A stretch of 64,000 nt of DNA from assembly GCA_028534125.1 (NCBI GenBank), contig CM052816.1:30258001-30322000 (forward strand). The letters run 5' to 3'. This document shows, piece by piece, positions 13,761 to 24,570 of this stretch. Both the position numbers and the translations under genes were made by a program. The notes beneath the pieces were generated by a model, which searched no databases, was not told where the DNA came from, and was given only the letters and a program-made list of their open reading frames with translations. The stretch is from Lama glama. Lineage: Eukaryota. The first letter of the stretch is position 1; each line of letters opens with the position of its first letter.

Positions 13761-15049
13761 TGGCCTGAAAAATTCATACTAATTAATTGAGATACAACCC
13801 TCATGAATGCATATTCATTTGTGGGAAAGTTTAGGGGGGGAAGATAAGAAATTGTATTTGATCTGGAAGTTAAAGTTTTCTAAAAGGAAATCAGGTGATC
13901 ATACAAAATCCAAAATTACTCTGGTAGTTGTTGTGATGTGAATTGGGAAAGAAGTGTCGACCAAGCTGATAAAGGCAATAGAAGTTATGAAAGTTAAAAG
14001 TTTTCAAAGAATGAGGACATTGGTGCTTCAAAAAAAAATCCAATTTAAACGTGTTTTAAGGAATACAAGGGGGAAGAGCAAAAAGTTGAGCTTAAGCTAG
14101 AGAAGAGAAATGTCAGTGATAAGCATAAAAGTGGTTTTTGAAACAGTTCAGATAACATAAGCAAAGCAATTTTCAACTGCCGAAATTTGCAAGCAGAATT
14201 TTTGAAGGATGCCAAGTTTTACTTATGTTTGGTGAGAAAATAATTTATTTTAGAAGTAGAATGTACGCATATCCTTATGAAAGCATTCTGTGCCACATCA
14301 GTAAAGAACAGGGAAGATCATGTGATGACCATACAAATAAGAGAGTTAAGGCACCATAATGACTTCTCACAACTGGTTAGTGTAGGGATTCGGAATAGAA
14401 TTCATTTCCAATGACCATGTGACATAGAACTTACAAAAGGTATTTTCTAAAATACATATTTAAGATATATTTTTTTCTGAAAAATACAGATTTATGTTTA
14501 AATGTCAACTGTTTATTTTACTTGATCTAATTCTCTAGCAATGTGAAATAGCTTTCTGTTTAATGGAGACTTTATCTCATTTGGGATATTTAAATCAAAT
14601 ATTCATTTCAGTTCTAAAAGAATTTTTAAGACTGTTGACTCAGTATAACTGAGAAAAAGTTGTAGCTTTAGGATATGCAAGTTTTCTGATGCCACTATGG
14701 ACAGAAAATCCAAAATATTTGTTCAAAGTTTTTCTATCCATTTGTCAAAATGATAAAACCAAAGTAATACACACACGCACAAACTTCTGAAAGTTACTTA
14801 AAGACATTTTACATAACTTAAATACAGAATAAAAGGCAAATAACTTTTTTTCAGAGACTAAGTCATGAGTAACTTTACCTCAATATGCACTTAAATATAG
14901 GGGGGAAAACTAACTATATCAAGTCCAAATGAATTTACATAATATTAACCTTCACCACAGTCTTATATCAGAAAAATTATGAAATGCATACACAAAACCA
15001 ACCAAGCAAAAGATGTCTATTGAATTCTGGTGGAAATGGAAACATATAA

Positions 15050-15710
15050 TTGAAGATTCCAAACTTTGTCAATACAGTAAGGTATTTTGGAAGCTATTTC
15101 ATACGGTCTGTTGGTGTTGTCTGTCCATACTTGTGTAAATTCTACTCTGTTTAAAAATAGGTTTCTTTCTTTTTGTGTGATCTAGAACTCAGATTTGCTC
15201 TTTAAAATTTGAATTTATCACTGGTAATACAATTAGGGATCAAATACTTTTTGGAGGTAATTTTTTAAAATTCAGTGTTCTTTCGTGGTTACTGGACTAT
15301 TGATATTTTGTTTTCGTTTAGAATCAATCTTAATTGTTTTTCTTCTGAAACCATACATTAAATATTTCTCTTTTGCATCTGTTGATAAATCTCACTTAAC
15401 GTGGTCTGAAGTATAAAAAACAACTCATAAAAATCCAGACAAGCAAGTAGTGAATCAAAATAACAAATTAAAGGATATGGTTTCTTTGTTATAAGCACTT
15501 GTGGTGTATATTAAATACATTTAATTATAGAACTAAAACAAAATAACAGGAGAAATTACATTTATAGACAAGAATATAAATATTGTAAATCTTTAAAAAG
15601 TAAAAATAACAGTGTAAGAAAGATGATGACAGAAATACAACCCAAAAAATCAGATGCGCAGTATCTGTGATAGGTTTGAATTTATCTACCAAGCCATTAA
15701 ATTGCACAGA
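15050..15710 (-). pseudogene. Possible TM + TIR relic of a further TLR-like copy (no ectodomain seen)
   Basis: ORF 15525-15707 gives a hydrophobic LVDKF..HLIFWVVFLSSSFL..YFVLVL run; downstream are ICYFDSLL (box1-like), KQLRLIL and ENKISIVQ*PRKN..ITSKKYL (15315-15241), resembling NIxxSIxxSRKTxxxISxxYL. Confidence 0.35.
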
Positions 15711-16029
15711 GCTTAAAAAACTGTAACAACCATCAAAACAAAAACAGTGCAGTCATACAAATACAACGTAACACATTAAACTAAAAAAATGAATAAATCC
15801 TTATTGTAATTAAAAAAAAAATAGATGTGACAGTTCAGTTCTGAAGTTTGTGAAGCGTGGTAGGCTGGAGTCGTTACACTGATTTTAAAAGCGCTCGTGC
15901 TGACAGGCTCATCTGTCACTGCGCTCCTGCTGTCTGTTGTGCGCGTTTCCTGGCGTGTAACTTAGTTTTTCCATATTGACTATTTTATTTCCCTTCATTT
16001 TCTCCACTGGGTTCGAAGCTCACATGGTA

Positions 16030-19000
16030 CCTCTTTAAGAACTATATTACCCTTGTTATTGTAAAATAGAAAAACAGACACACACAAAATAAACAGCTTA
16101 ATGAGATAATACCAGGTAAACACTCCTGTAATCACCACATAAATGAAGAAACAATTTTGCTCGCCACCACAGATGTTCCTCTTTGTGTCCTGTGCCGATC
16201 ATAGCCCTTCCTCCAACCTAAAGTAGCTATTTTTCTGACCATTGTAGTAGTAACTTCCTTGCATTGTTGTATGGTTCTGTCGCTCAAGTGTGTACCCCTA
16301 TATAGAAGAGTTTAGTCTTGCCAATTTGAAAAACCAGTTATGTTTTTAACTCCCTTTTAATCTATAAGTTCTTTTTCCATTCATTTTTTTTTCTTTCAGT
16401 GTACCTGTTGAAGAACAAAGGACTTTTGATCTGTAGAGGTGGCTGGTCTGGATTTAGCTGACTGCATACTAATGATACAGTTCAACACATTTGTCTGTCC
16501 TCTGATCCACAAGTGGATAGCTGGATCCAGAGGTATTTTCCATCTCAGGTTCTGTTCTTTTAGCAGAACTGGAGGTGATGTTCTGTTATTTCAGTAGGAG
16601 GAACTTAATATCTGGTGGTATCTTTGTGCTGTCATGGTTGTCGCTATTCAGTGCCTAGATCTACTAATTGGGGACTGCAAATCGATCATTTTCTAATTTA
16701 TTCCTTGGAATACTTTAACGAAAAAATTCTTTCTCTAATTTACTAATTGGTTATCCAGTGTGAAATTTGTATAAGGCAGGATAAGTATCAGTTTTCAAGG
16801 TAATGAATTCTCTATAATCCTCCAAAGGTGATCAATTAAAAATTATTACTAATAAATCAAACATTCGATATTATCATGTTGAAGCTCAAAGTCTCTATCT
16901 CTGGTCCTATGAGATGTCTTTTTTTGTCTCTTGAGTCTTTCTGTCATAACCAAATAGTCTTTGAGTGTGTCTTCACTGTCTGGTCTGAGATGTTATACAG
17001 TGGACTTGTATACTCCTGTCCCAGCTCTGTAACCTGCCATTCTCTAGGAGGTCCTATTTCCTTTTACTGTGAAATGCTATTTCAAGAATACAGTCTAGTT
17101 ACTAGGGATGCCTGTTGATGTTCAGTTGCTCATTATGTCTAAGTCTCTTCATTGGATTAAGTTATGATAAATCTGCCTGTATTTTTATGTCTGCATCTGT
17201 ATATCTACAACTCTATGCTTGTGATATTCTTCATGAATTGATTATTCTAATCAAGCTTAGGGCTGCGAGGTATTTATTTAAAATCTTCTATATTTCTATC
17301 ATCTTTTTCCACTCTGAGAATACCTGTTCTCAAGGGCACAAAGAATGATAGACTTAAATTTATACTAAAATATTACTCAATTTCTTTATCTCACTAGACA
17401 CAGAAAACAGTCTGAAACTAACAACTGAATAACAATACTAAAAATATTACCATGTATATTACCACAGCAATTCCTAGCAGATTCCATTTACTGATAAAAT
17501 TTTTTCTCCAAATATTTTTTAACAAATTTTTAAAGATTTAGTTTAGGTACCATAAAATTGTGCTGTTTCAAATGTAAGATTCAGTGGTGTTTGATATATT
17601 TACAGAGTTGTATAACCATCACCACGATTTTACTGCATTTCATTCATCCCACAGAGCAAATCTGCCCGTTTGTGGTCACTCTCTGTTCCTACCAGTCTGC
17701 TTTCTGCCTCTCCACGTTTGCCTTTCATGGGCTTTTCATATTAATGGTGTCTGTAATACATGGTCTTTTGTGTCAGCTTCTTTCATTTAGCATAATTGAG
17801 ATTACTCTGTGTTGATAACACATATCAGTACTTCATTATTTATATTGCTGAATGTTGCAACATTTTTAGATATGCCGCATTTCATTTTTACATTCACTAG
17901 TTGATGGATAGTTGGGTTGTTTCTACTTTTTTACTATTATGAATAATGCTACTATAAACATCTGTGTACAAATCATTGCATGGTCACACATTTTTATTTC
18001 TCTTGCATACCTAGGAATGGAATTGCTGAGTCACATGGGGAATTTATGTTTAACATTTTGATAAACTGACAAGTTCTTTTCCAAAGTGGCTGTACTGTTT
18101 TACAGGTCCACCAGCGATACAGAAAGGTTTCACCTTTTCTACGTCCTCATCAATACTTGTTACTGTCTGTCCATGTGCCTATGGCCATTTTAATAGATGT
18201 GAAGTGCTGTTGATTCCTTGTGGATTGTGGATCTCATTGTGGTTTTGATTCGTGTTTCCCTGGTGACTGTTGATGTTGTGCATCTTTTCATGTGCTTATT
18301 TGTCATTCCAATAACATCTTTAGTGAAGTGTCTGTTCAAAGCTTTGCCAATTTTAAAATTACATTTCTTATTTTCTTGTTATTGAGTTGTTAGTGTTTCT
18401 TATATATTCTGGATACGAGATACATTACATTTAGGTTTATGATTCATTTTGAGTTTATTTTTGCATATGATGTGAGGTAGGAGTCCCAATTTATGCTTTT
18501 GCATGGACATATCCAGTCATCCCAGTACCATTTCTTGAGACTATTTTTATTCCTTAGAATTTTCTTGGCAACATTGTTCCAATTTAATAGACCATAAATG
18601 TAAGGGTTTATTTATGACTCTCAATTCACTTCCATTTGTCTGTATATCTATTGGTATTGTTATGGAAATGACAGGCCAGCCAAGAAACAAGCACCACTAG
18701 GAGGGTTGGAGTACTCAGATTTATTACGCCGGCGGGCTCAGAGGGGCTTCTGCTCCAAAGCTCTGAGCACCTCCAAGACGTGTGCATGAGGTTTTATAGG
18801 GTTAATTACAAGCTTGGGGTATTTGGCCAATAGGCATGGAACAGCTTTAGCAACATCATTATCACAAAAGTAGAGGCAGGGAGGCAGGAAACCAACATTT
18901 CAAGGCCAGATATGTCTCTTTGAAAATCCAGCTGGCTAGCAAAAAACATGAACAGGGAATCAGCAAACCAACAATAATTAACTCAGATTTACAAGTTAGC

Positions 19001-19720
19001 CCAGCAGAACTCAGATCAGTAATCCGACACTTGTTACACTTAGATTTGTGAGTTAGCTTGTTAGCCCAGCCTGGCTTTTCCTTCACAGTATGTTAGTACT
19101 CTGCTATCTTGATTGTAATAATTTTGTAGTAAGTTTTGATAGTAAGAGGTGTTTGTCCTCAAATTTTGTTCATTCTCAAGATTACTTTGGATATTCTTGG
19201 TTCTTTCCATTTGTTATATGAATTTTGGCATCAGTTTGCCAACTTCAAAAAAGTCGGTTGTGATTTTTGACAGGGATTTTGTTAAATCTGTAGATCAACT
19301 CAAGGGGTATTGCCATCTTACAGTATTAAATATTTTCATCCATCAACATGGGATGTCTTTCCACTTACTTTAGCAGTGTTGTCAGAGTAGAAGTCCTTTA
19401 CACCTCTTTTGTGAAAATTTATTCCTAGGCATTTGATTCTTTTTGATGCTATTTGGAATGGAAACTGGTTTCTAAATTTCGTATTCAGGTTGTTTGTTGA
19501 TGGTGTATAGAAGCCCAGTTGATGTATGTATTAGTGTTGGATCCTGTGACCTTGCTGAGCTCGTTTATTAGTTCTAGTACCTCTAGAGTGGATCCTTAGG
19601 ATTCTCCATATAAAAGACTATATAATTTGCAAATAAAGATAGTTTTGTGTCTTCCCTTCTAATCTTGATGCCTTTGATTCCTTTTTATTGTCCAATTAGT
19701 CTCCAAAAATTTTCTAAACA
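16030..19720 (-). mobile_element. Old L1 fragments (L1ME/L1MB-like) inserted in the TIR region of unit A
   Basis: Antisense L1 3' UTR/ORF2 text: ggaattgctgagtcacatgg, ttttccaaagtggctgtac, atccatcaacatgggatgtctttcc. Confidence 0.85.
18658..19087 (-). mobile_element. Solo ERV LTR (ERV1-like, 4-bp TSD)
   Basis: TG..CA termini, GTAT duplicated at 18654-18657 and 19088-19091; minus-strand CCTATAAAA (~18800-18792) and AATAAA (18725-18720). Confidence 0.85.
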
Positions 19721-21108
19721 AAACAAAGTGAGAAAAGAAACTATACAGTTACTCAGGTCCTACTTTTCCTCCACCTTCCCTCTCTATTTTGTGGACAAGT
19801 GATATTGATGGACGTATTTTGTTATTCTTTTGAATACTTACATTATAGCCTGCCAATAATGAAAAAAGGAAATTAACATTTCCTATGCATGTAATCTGCA
19901 ACAGACTTTAGTATAGACATCTGTTTTAGCCTTGTAAAGTCAATATTACTACTTTTTATCGTGGTTAAAGAATCAATGATTCAGCAATTATATCATTTGA
20001 CATTTGAAATTTCAACCCATGCTCTTTCCAGTACACCATGTCGATTTGCTTTTCATTTTACTTAATATGTACTCATTCATTTTCTGAAATAAAAAGCCAT
20101 CTCTGCTGTGAAATTAATACAAAGTTTTGTGCAGTATATATTTCTCAGTGTATTAAACTAATCTTGAGTTTTCTATGCTTTTTTTTTCCTTTTAAAGGAA
20201 AAAGAAAAAGTTTCTCCAAATTTCAGTACCCTGAACTTGTTACACTATTTGGTTGTCAGAAGTTACTGTTTTTCTCATCATACTTGAATAGATTGATTGC
20301 TGTTTTACTCTTCACTGAAACACTACAGCTATGGGAAGACTTTGATGATGAGATAAAGTCCACAGAATTGAGTTAACCATTGCTATAGTCACAAAAGTCA
20401 CAGGGCAAAAAAATAATCATCTCACATTCTTTCATGAATGGAAGATACCAGGAAACTGTGGCATAATAAATTCAACAATATAATACTAAGTCACTAATGG
20501 ATTGTCATTAGCAGGCTAAGGATAAAACAATGTCTCAAGATTTTGCAAATCTATTGTAAGTCATTCTCTTCCAACAGAGTGATTGCATTTGTATCGTACT
20601 ATACCACTTAATTCATACAACCGTTGACCATTATAACAAAACAAAGAAACAAACAAAAAACAAATGGGGCACAAAGATACAAATACTATAACATTAAACA
20701 TGGGAGATTACATAAATATTATTCTTGAAACAACTAATTTTCATTCTTCTTACCCTTTATATTCTCTTCAGAGAATTTTAGTCACATATTAGATATCTGC
20801 TTATAAATATTAAGCAACATATTTTGTTACAGATATTGCTGCTCTAGGCTGTAATATGAGTAGGCTAAATCCAGTATGTTATCATTTGTAGTCGTTCTTT
20901 GCAAACATAGGTGTTCCATGCCACCATTATTCTTCTTTGCCATAATTGTGAACATTTGTACTATTATTTAATTAAAAATTAACTCCCTTTTTAGTTAAAT
21001 AAATGAAGTTTAATGAGTAGAAGTTTGTATGTTTATACACACATACCCCTACACACAAACATACAACCATGTCATATCATAGATACCACTTAACAAAAAA
21101 CTTCCATA

Positions 21109-21550
21109 TTTTATTTTTATTGAAGTAGAGTTGATTTACAGTGTTTCACGTATGTAGCAAAGTGATTCAGTGATACATACATAGATATATATTTCTTTCC
21201 AGATTCTTTTCCATTATAGGTTATTAGAAGATATTGAATATAGTTCTCTGTGCTATACAGTAGGTCCTTGTTGCTTATTTATTTAAATATAGTAGCATAT
21301 ATCTGTTACTCCAACATTGCCAATTTATCCCCTCCTTTCCCTTTTGGTAACCATAAGTTTATTTTGTATGTCTGTGAGTCTATTTTTGTATTGTAAATAC
21401 GTTCACTTGTATCATGCCATATATAAATTATGTCATATGATTTTTGTCTTTCTCTATTTGATTTACTTAGTATGATAATCTCTAGGTCCATCCATGTTAC
21501 TGCAAATGGCATTTCATTCCTTTTATGACTGAGTAATATTCCATTGTGTG

Positions 21551-21585
<35 letters not shown>

Positions 21586-21922
21586 GTATTACATCTTCTT
21601 TATCCATTCATCTGTTGATGGACATTTAGGTTGCTTCCTAAATATCTTTGCTGTTGTAAGAACTGCTGCTATAAACACTGGGGTTCATGTATCTTTTTGA
21701 AATAGAATTTCATCAATTTTCATCTTTTCCTGGTATATGTGCAGGAGTGGGATTGCTGGATCACATGGTAACTCTGTTTTTAGTTTTTAAAGGAACCTCC
21801 ATACTGTTCTCCATAGTGGCTACACCAAACTATATTCTGATGAATAGTGTAGGAGGGTTCTCTTTTCTCCACACTCTCCAGCATTTATTATTTGTGGACT
21901 TTTTGATGAAGGCCATCCTGAT
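21109..21922 (-). mobile_element. 5'-truncated L1 3' end with internal (CA)n
   Basis: ttttattgaagtagagttgatttaca..tccatccatgttactgcaaatggc; ORF 21306-21581 PFAVTWMDLEIIILS; (CA)n at ~21553-21582. Confidence 0.9.
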
Positions 21923-23666
21923 TGTAAAAATTTTAGTTTTTGTGAAACTTAGCATCATTTATCACTAGTAGCATGCATTCTATACTTGGGATAAACACTA
22001 TTGTAGAAATACCCTTTTGTGCAAATATCTGCACTGTCATGGAATGTGAAATTCCATGATCAGTGTTATCAAACATTTTTGTGTAAAAAGGGTCATATTT
22101 TAAGCAATAGATACTAGATGTCTGGGATCATGATGGTGGGACTGAATGTAAAAGAAAGGTCTCGCAGACAGAGAATAAGGAAAATGAGGAGTGGCACTGG
22201 AAAACAGTCTAAGAGTGTGTCAGAGGATCTCATTTGTACTATTAACTGCTTTCGTCAGTCAGTACTAGCTGAGAGTATAGCAGACCATTTCATCCTTGGC
22301 TGGTAACTGAGACAGATGAATAGAGTAAAGGTATCTATTCTTTAAAGCTACCTATTATTAGAAAACCTAATTTTAATAATGAGAACATAAAAAGTAACAG
22401 ATATAAGGTTACCATTGTTGGGAATAAGGTAATATTAACAGTCTTAGATGAGTATCTGCTTCAACAAAACAGGAAAATGATAGTAACATACAGTATTTCT
22501 TTCTAGGCTTGCATATGCCTGCACATAATGCTATTCTGTTTCAGTTTTTCATGAATCCCTCTGAAGCCAATCCATGATGCCAAGAAAACTCAAGGTTTAA
22601 AGTATATTTATAGAGTAACTAAGATCTCTTAGAAAAATTTCCATTGGAAGGTAATCTGTGCTTATCTTATAAAGCGGATTTTTACCAAGATCTTCTTTGG
22701 CCTCAGGTTTGGATCACACGTTTCTCAAGATAATTATCCTCAAAAGACAGAGTCCTCATGGGATTCTAATACACACTTCATAGAATATTTATTAATTTAG
22801 ATGAAAAGCCTGTGTTACTTTTAAAATTCCAAATGGCCAAGTGGTATTCTCCAGTTGAAGTTATTTTTAGTTTTAGATGTCTACAAATGCTAAAGAGTTT
22901 TCCTATTCTGTTCATTGTGTCTCATTAGGACATGGGTGACTTTAGTTTAAAATTAAGTTGGTCTTGCAAAGAATATTTTTCAGATTACGTGTAAGTTGTA
23001 AATAGTGCACAGATCGTGTTGGTGCTTGCATTTATAAAACATCATTAGATGATCGTTCCAGTGCTGGGGAGAATACTGCTGCAAAGATTATATACTTTCT
23101 TTATATTTAATTTAATGTAAAAATATGTTATAGTTGAAACAGAATTCGTACAGTGATATATAATTTTCAGTGCCATTAACTATTTTATAACAGGTAAAGT
23201 CATGCTGTGGTTCCTGTATGAGATGTCCGATGGAATAAACCAGATTATGATTGATGCTTGCAAGCTTTACACCCCAAATAGCATTTATTCAGGTGGCCCA
23301 AAGAAATGTATTACTGAATTTAAAATAGGTGAAAGAGTGCTTTGTTTTCAACAGTTTCAGCAGTGCTGGGAAATCCATGTGTACAGCTCTGGGCCACAGG
23401 CGGATAGGGATGTTTGTTATTATTATTGTAATTTGAATTCAAATTTAGAGCCAAATATATGAGACAAAGTTGTTCTTATTTTGAAGATTGGCAACCTTAA
23501 AAAAGCAAGCAAGCAAAGAAACAAACAAAAAACCTGTCTGATATGATTTGGAAAATACTCAATATTATATATCTCAGAAGGGACAGATGAAATAATACAA
23601 TTTTTCAAAGCCTATCCAGAATATTGTAAATATGTTCTGACCTACAACTTTATACTGTTTACTAAT

Positions 23667-24319
23667 TGCTGCATCCAGCGCAGCTTGGGACCGTGTCTGA
23701 GGACGGGCGACGCAAGACTCAAGAAACAAAGAGACAAAGTAAAGAGCAAAGATGGGACCAGCAGACTCAAGATCTCGTGGATCTAGAGTCCTGAAAGCTT
23801 GGTCAACATCATATTTATTAGGAGTATACAGCTCGGAAAAAAATGCGATCGAAGAGGTGGGGCTTTAGATACTCCAATCGATAAGCACTAAATTCTGCCT
23901 GCTGAGTAACTGATTAATTTCAGGCCTGTCCCTTCCAGGAACAATCACCCTCCTCAGGGTATGCAAAGTTTCTAAGTCTATCCTGTTACTGCCTCCAGGA
24001 CATCCCGAGATAGCAAATACTTCCCCTGGGTTAAACCACATGCTTTCATGCCAGAACAAAGTTGTGTTAATGGATGATCTGGCTTTTTCCAGGACCATCC
24101 ATTGTTTTACCCTAAGGAAATTCTGGCCTCCTTCATGCCTTTATGGTCAATCTCAGGATTGCCCCTCACAAATTTTCTTTAGCATAATACATGTTGCAGG
24201 TCATCTACTAAAACATTAAAACAAAGCAATCATGTGCATTTTAAGCAAGTGTGAATGTAGTATTTTAAGCTCATGGAAATTTAGGTGTGGCTTGTTTTCT
24301 AGTTGCTTGTTTCCCAGCA
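23667..24319 (-). mobile_element. Solo ERV LTR (ERV2/betaretroviral-like, 6-bp TSD)
   Basis: TGCTG..CAGCA termini, ACTAAT duplicated at 23661-23666 and 24320-24325; minus-strand AATAAA 23819-23814. Confidence 0.85.
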
Positions 24320-24379
24320 ACTAATAAATGGTGCAGCATGACTTTAGAGGGTAAAACATGGTTGGGTACTCAGGCACTG

Positions 24380-24570
24380 GGGAGGCAGCGGGTAAAAGTG
24401 AGGTTCATGGGGTCAGAATTCTTAGGGTGCATCCTGGTTCCACCACTTACTATGGTTTAACTCCTAGCAAGATAATAGTTTACACTTTACTATCTAACTT
24501 TTAGATTTGTTGTTTAGAATTAAATTTCTAAAGTACTTAAAATAGTGTAAATAGTTAATGATGACGTTAA
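24380..24570 (+). mobile_element. MIR SINE
   Basis: gaggcagcgggtaaaagtg..gggtgcatcctggttccaccacttacta. Confidence 0.65.

Larger units (their letters stand above)
1990..14410 (-). pseudogene. Decayed Toll-like receptor pseudogene, unit B (LRR ectodomain + TM-like + TIR; TLR11/13/21/22-like)
   Basis: Minus-strand LRR remnants: YVI*TVSKTTFMLITDISLL*LKLNF (14159-14082); KTLTSRSNTISYLPP (13879-13835); SLEHLLCSLFVIKTV*YVSFSKL (13130-13062); LNV*DLSYI (6870-6844); GNLLTIFQDEAFKRFTEINYLNLN (6690-6619). TM-like PDALGLSFYLSTT (5212-5174) and LHNF..LFYLVLYTFLL (5119-5063). TIR-like ELNNGICLFSQ*MRPDYCVNSI (2293-2228), SKKT..LLLKRSF..FRVGEYRL (2229-2128), LAVY..RRRRQGSWP (2068-1994). Split by MLT1, L1, MIR, HAL1 and L2. 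Confidence 0.65.
15960..23610 (-). pseudogene. Decayed Toll-like receptor pseudogene, unit A (TLR1 subfamily, TLR15/TLR2-like)
   Basis: Minus-strand motifs in correct order: LRRNT-like NCIISSVPSEIYNIEY..NHI (ORF 23423-23608); KLASINHNLVYSI (23267-23229); CYKIVNGT (23192-23169); MRTLSFEDNYLEK (22759-22721); EDLGKNPLYKISTDYLPMEIFLRDLSYS (22695-22612); LLKL/FSNNR (22379-22351); NILDLAY..SLEQQYL*QNML (20880-20815); NAITLLEENDL (20589-20557); LRRCT-like DNPLVT*YYIVEF (~20506-20468); HSCSVSV (from 20333); LLTTK*CNKF (20262-20233); TIR DIIA/IIDS (19994-19969); box3-like W-x10-WKN* (16006-15962). Many stops and frameshifts; L1 insertions inside. Confidence 0.75.

Noticed and set aside
14050..14412. 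Plus-strand near-open frame (KEYKGEEQKVELKLEK..)
   Set aside because: No recognisable homology; overlaps the antisense LRR remnants of unit B
20005..20040. VLE..HGLKF as TIR evidence
   Set aside because: The sequence also resembles a MIR 5' end (ggtgtactggaaagagcatggg), so it was not counted
20462..20515. FN3-like reading of PANDNPLVT*YYIVEF as a spliced exon
   Set aside because: Context (preceding NAIT LRR, following Cys and TIR motifs) fits an LRRCT better
22037..22059. 9-bp-stem hairpin tcatggaat..attccatga
   Set aside because: Short; expected by chance in 64 kb and lies in repeat-like sequence
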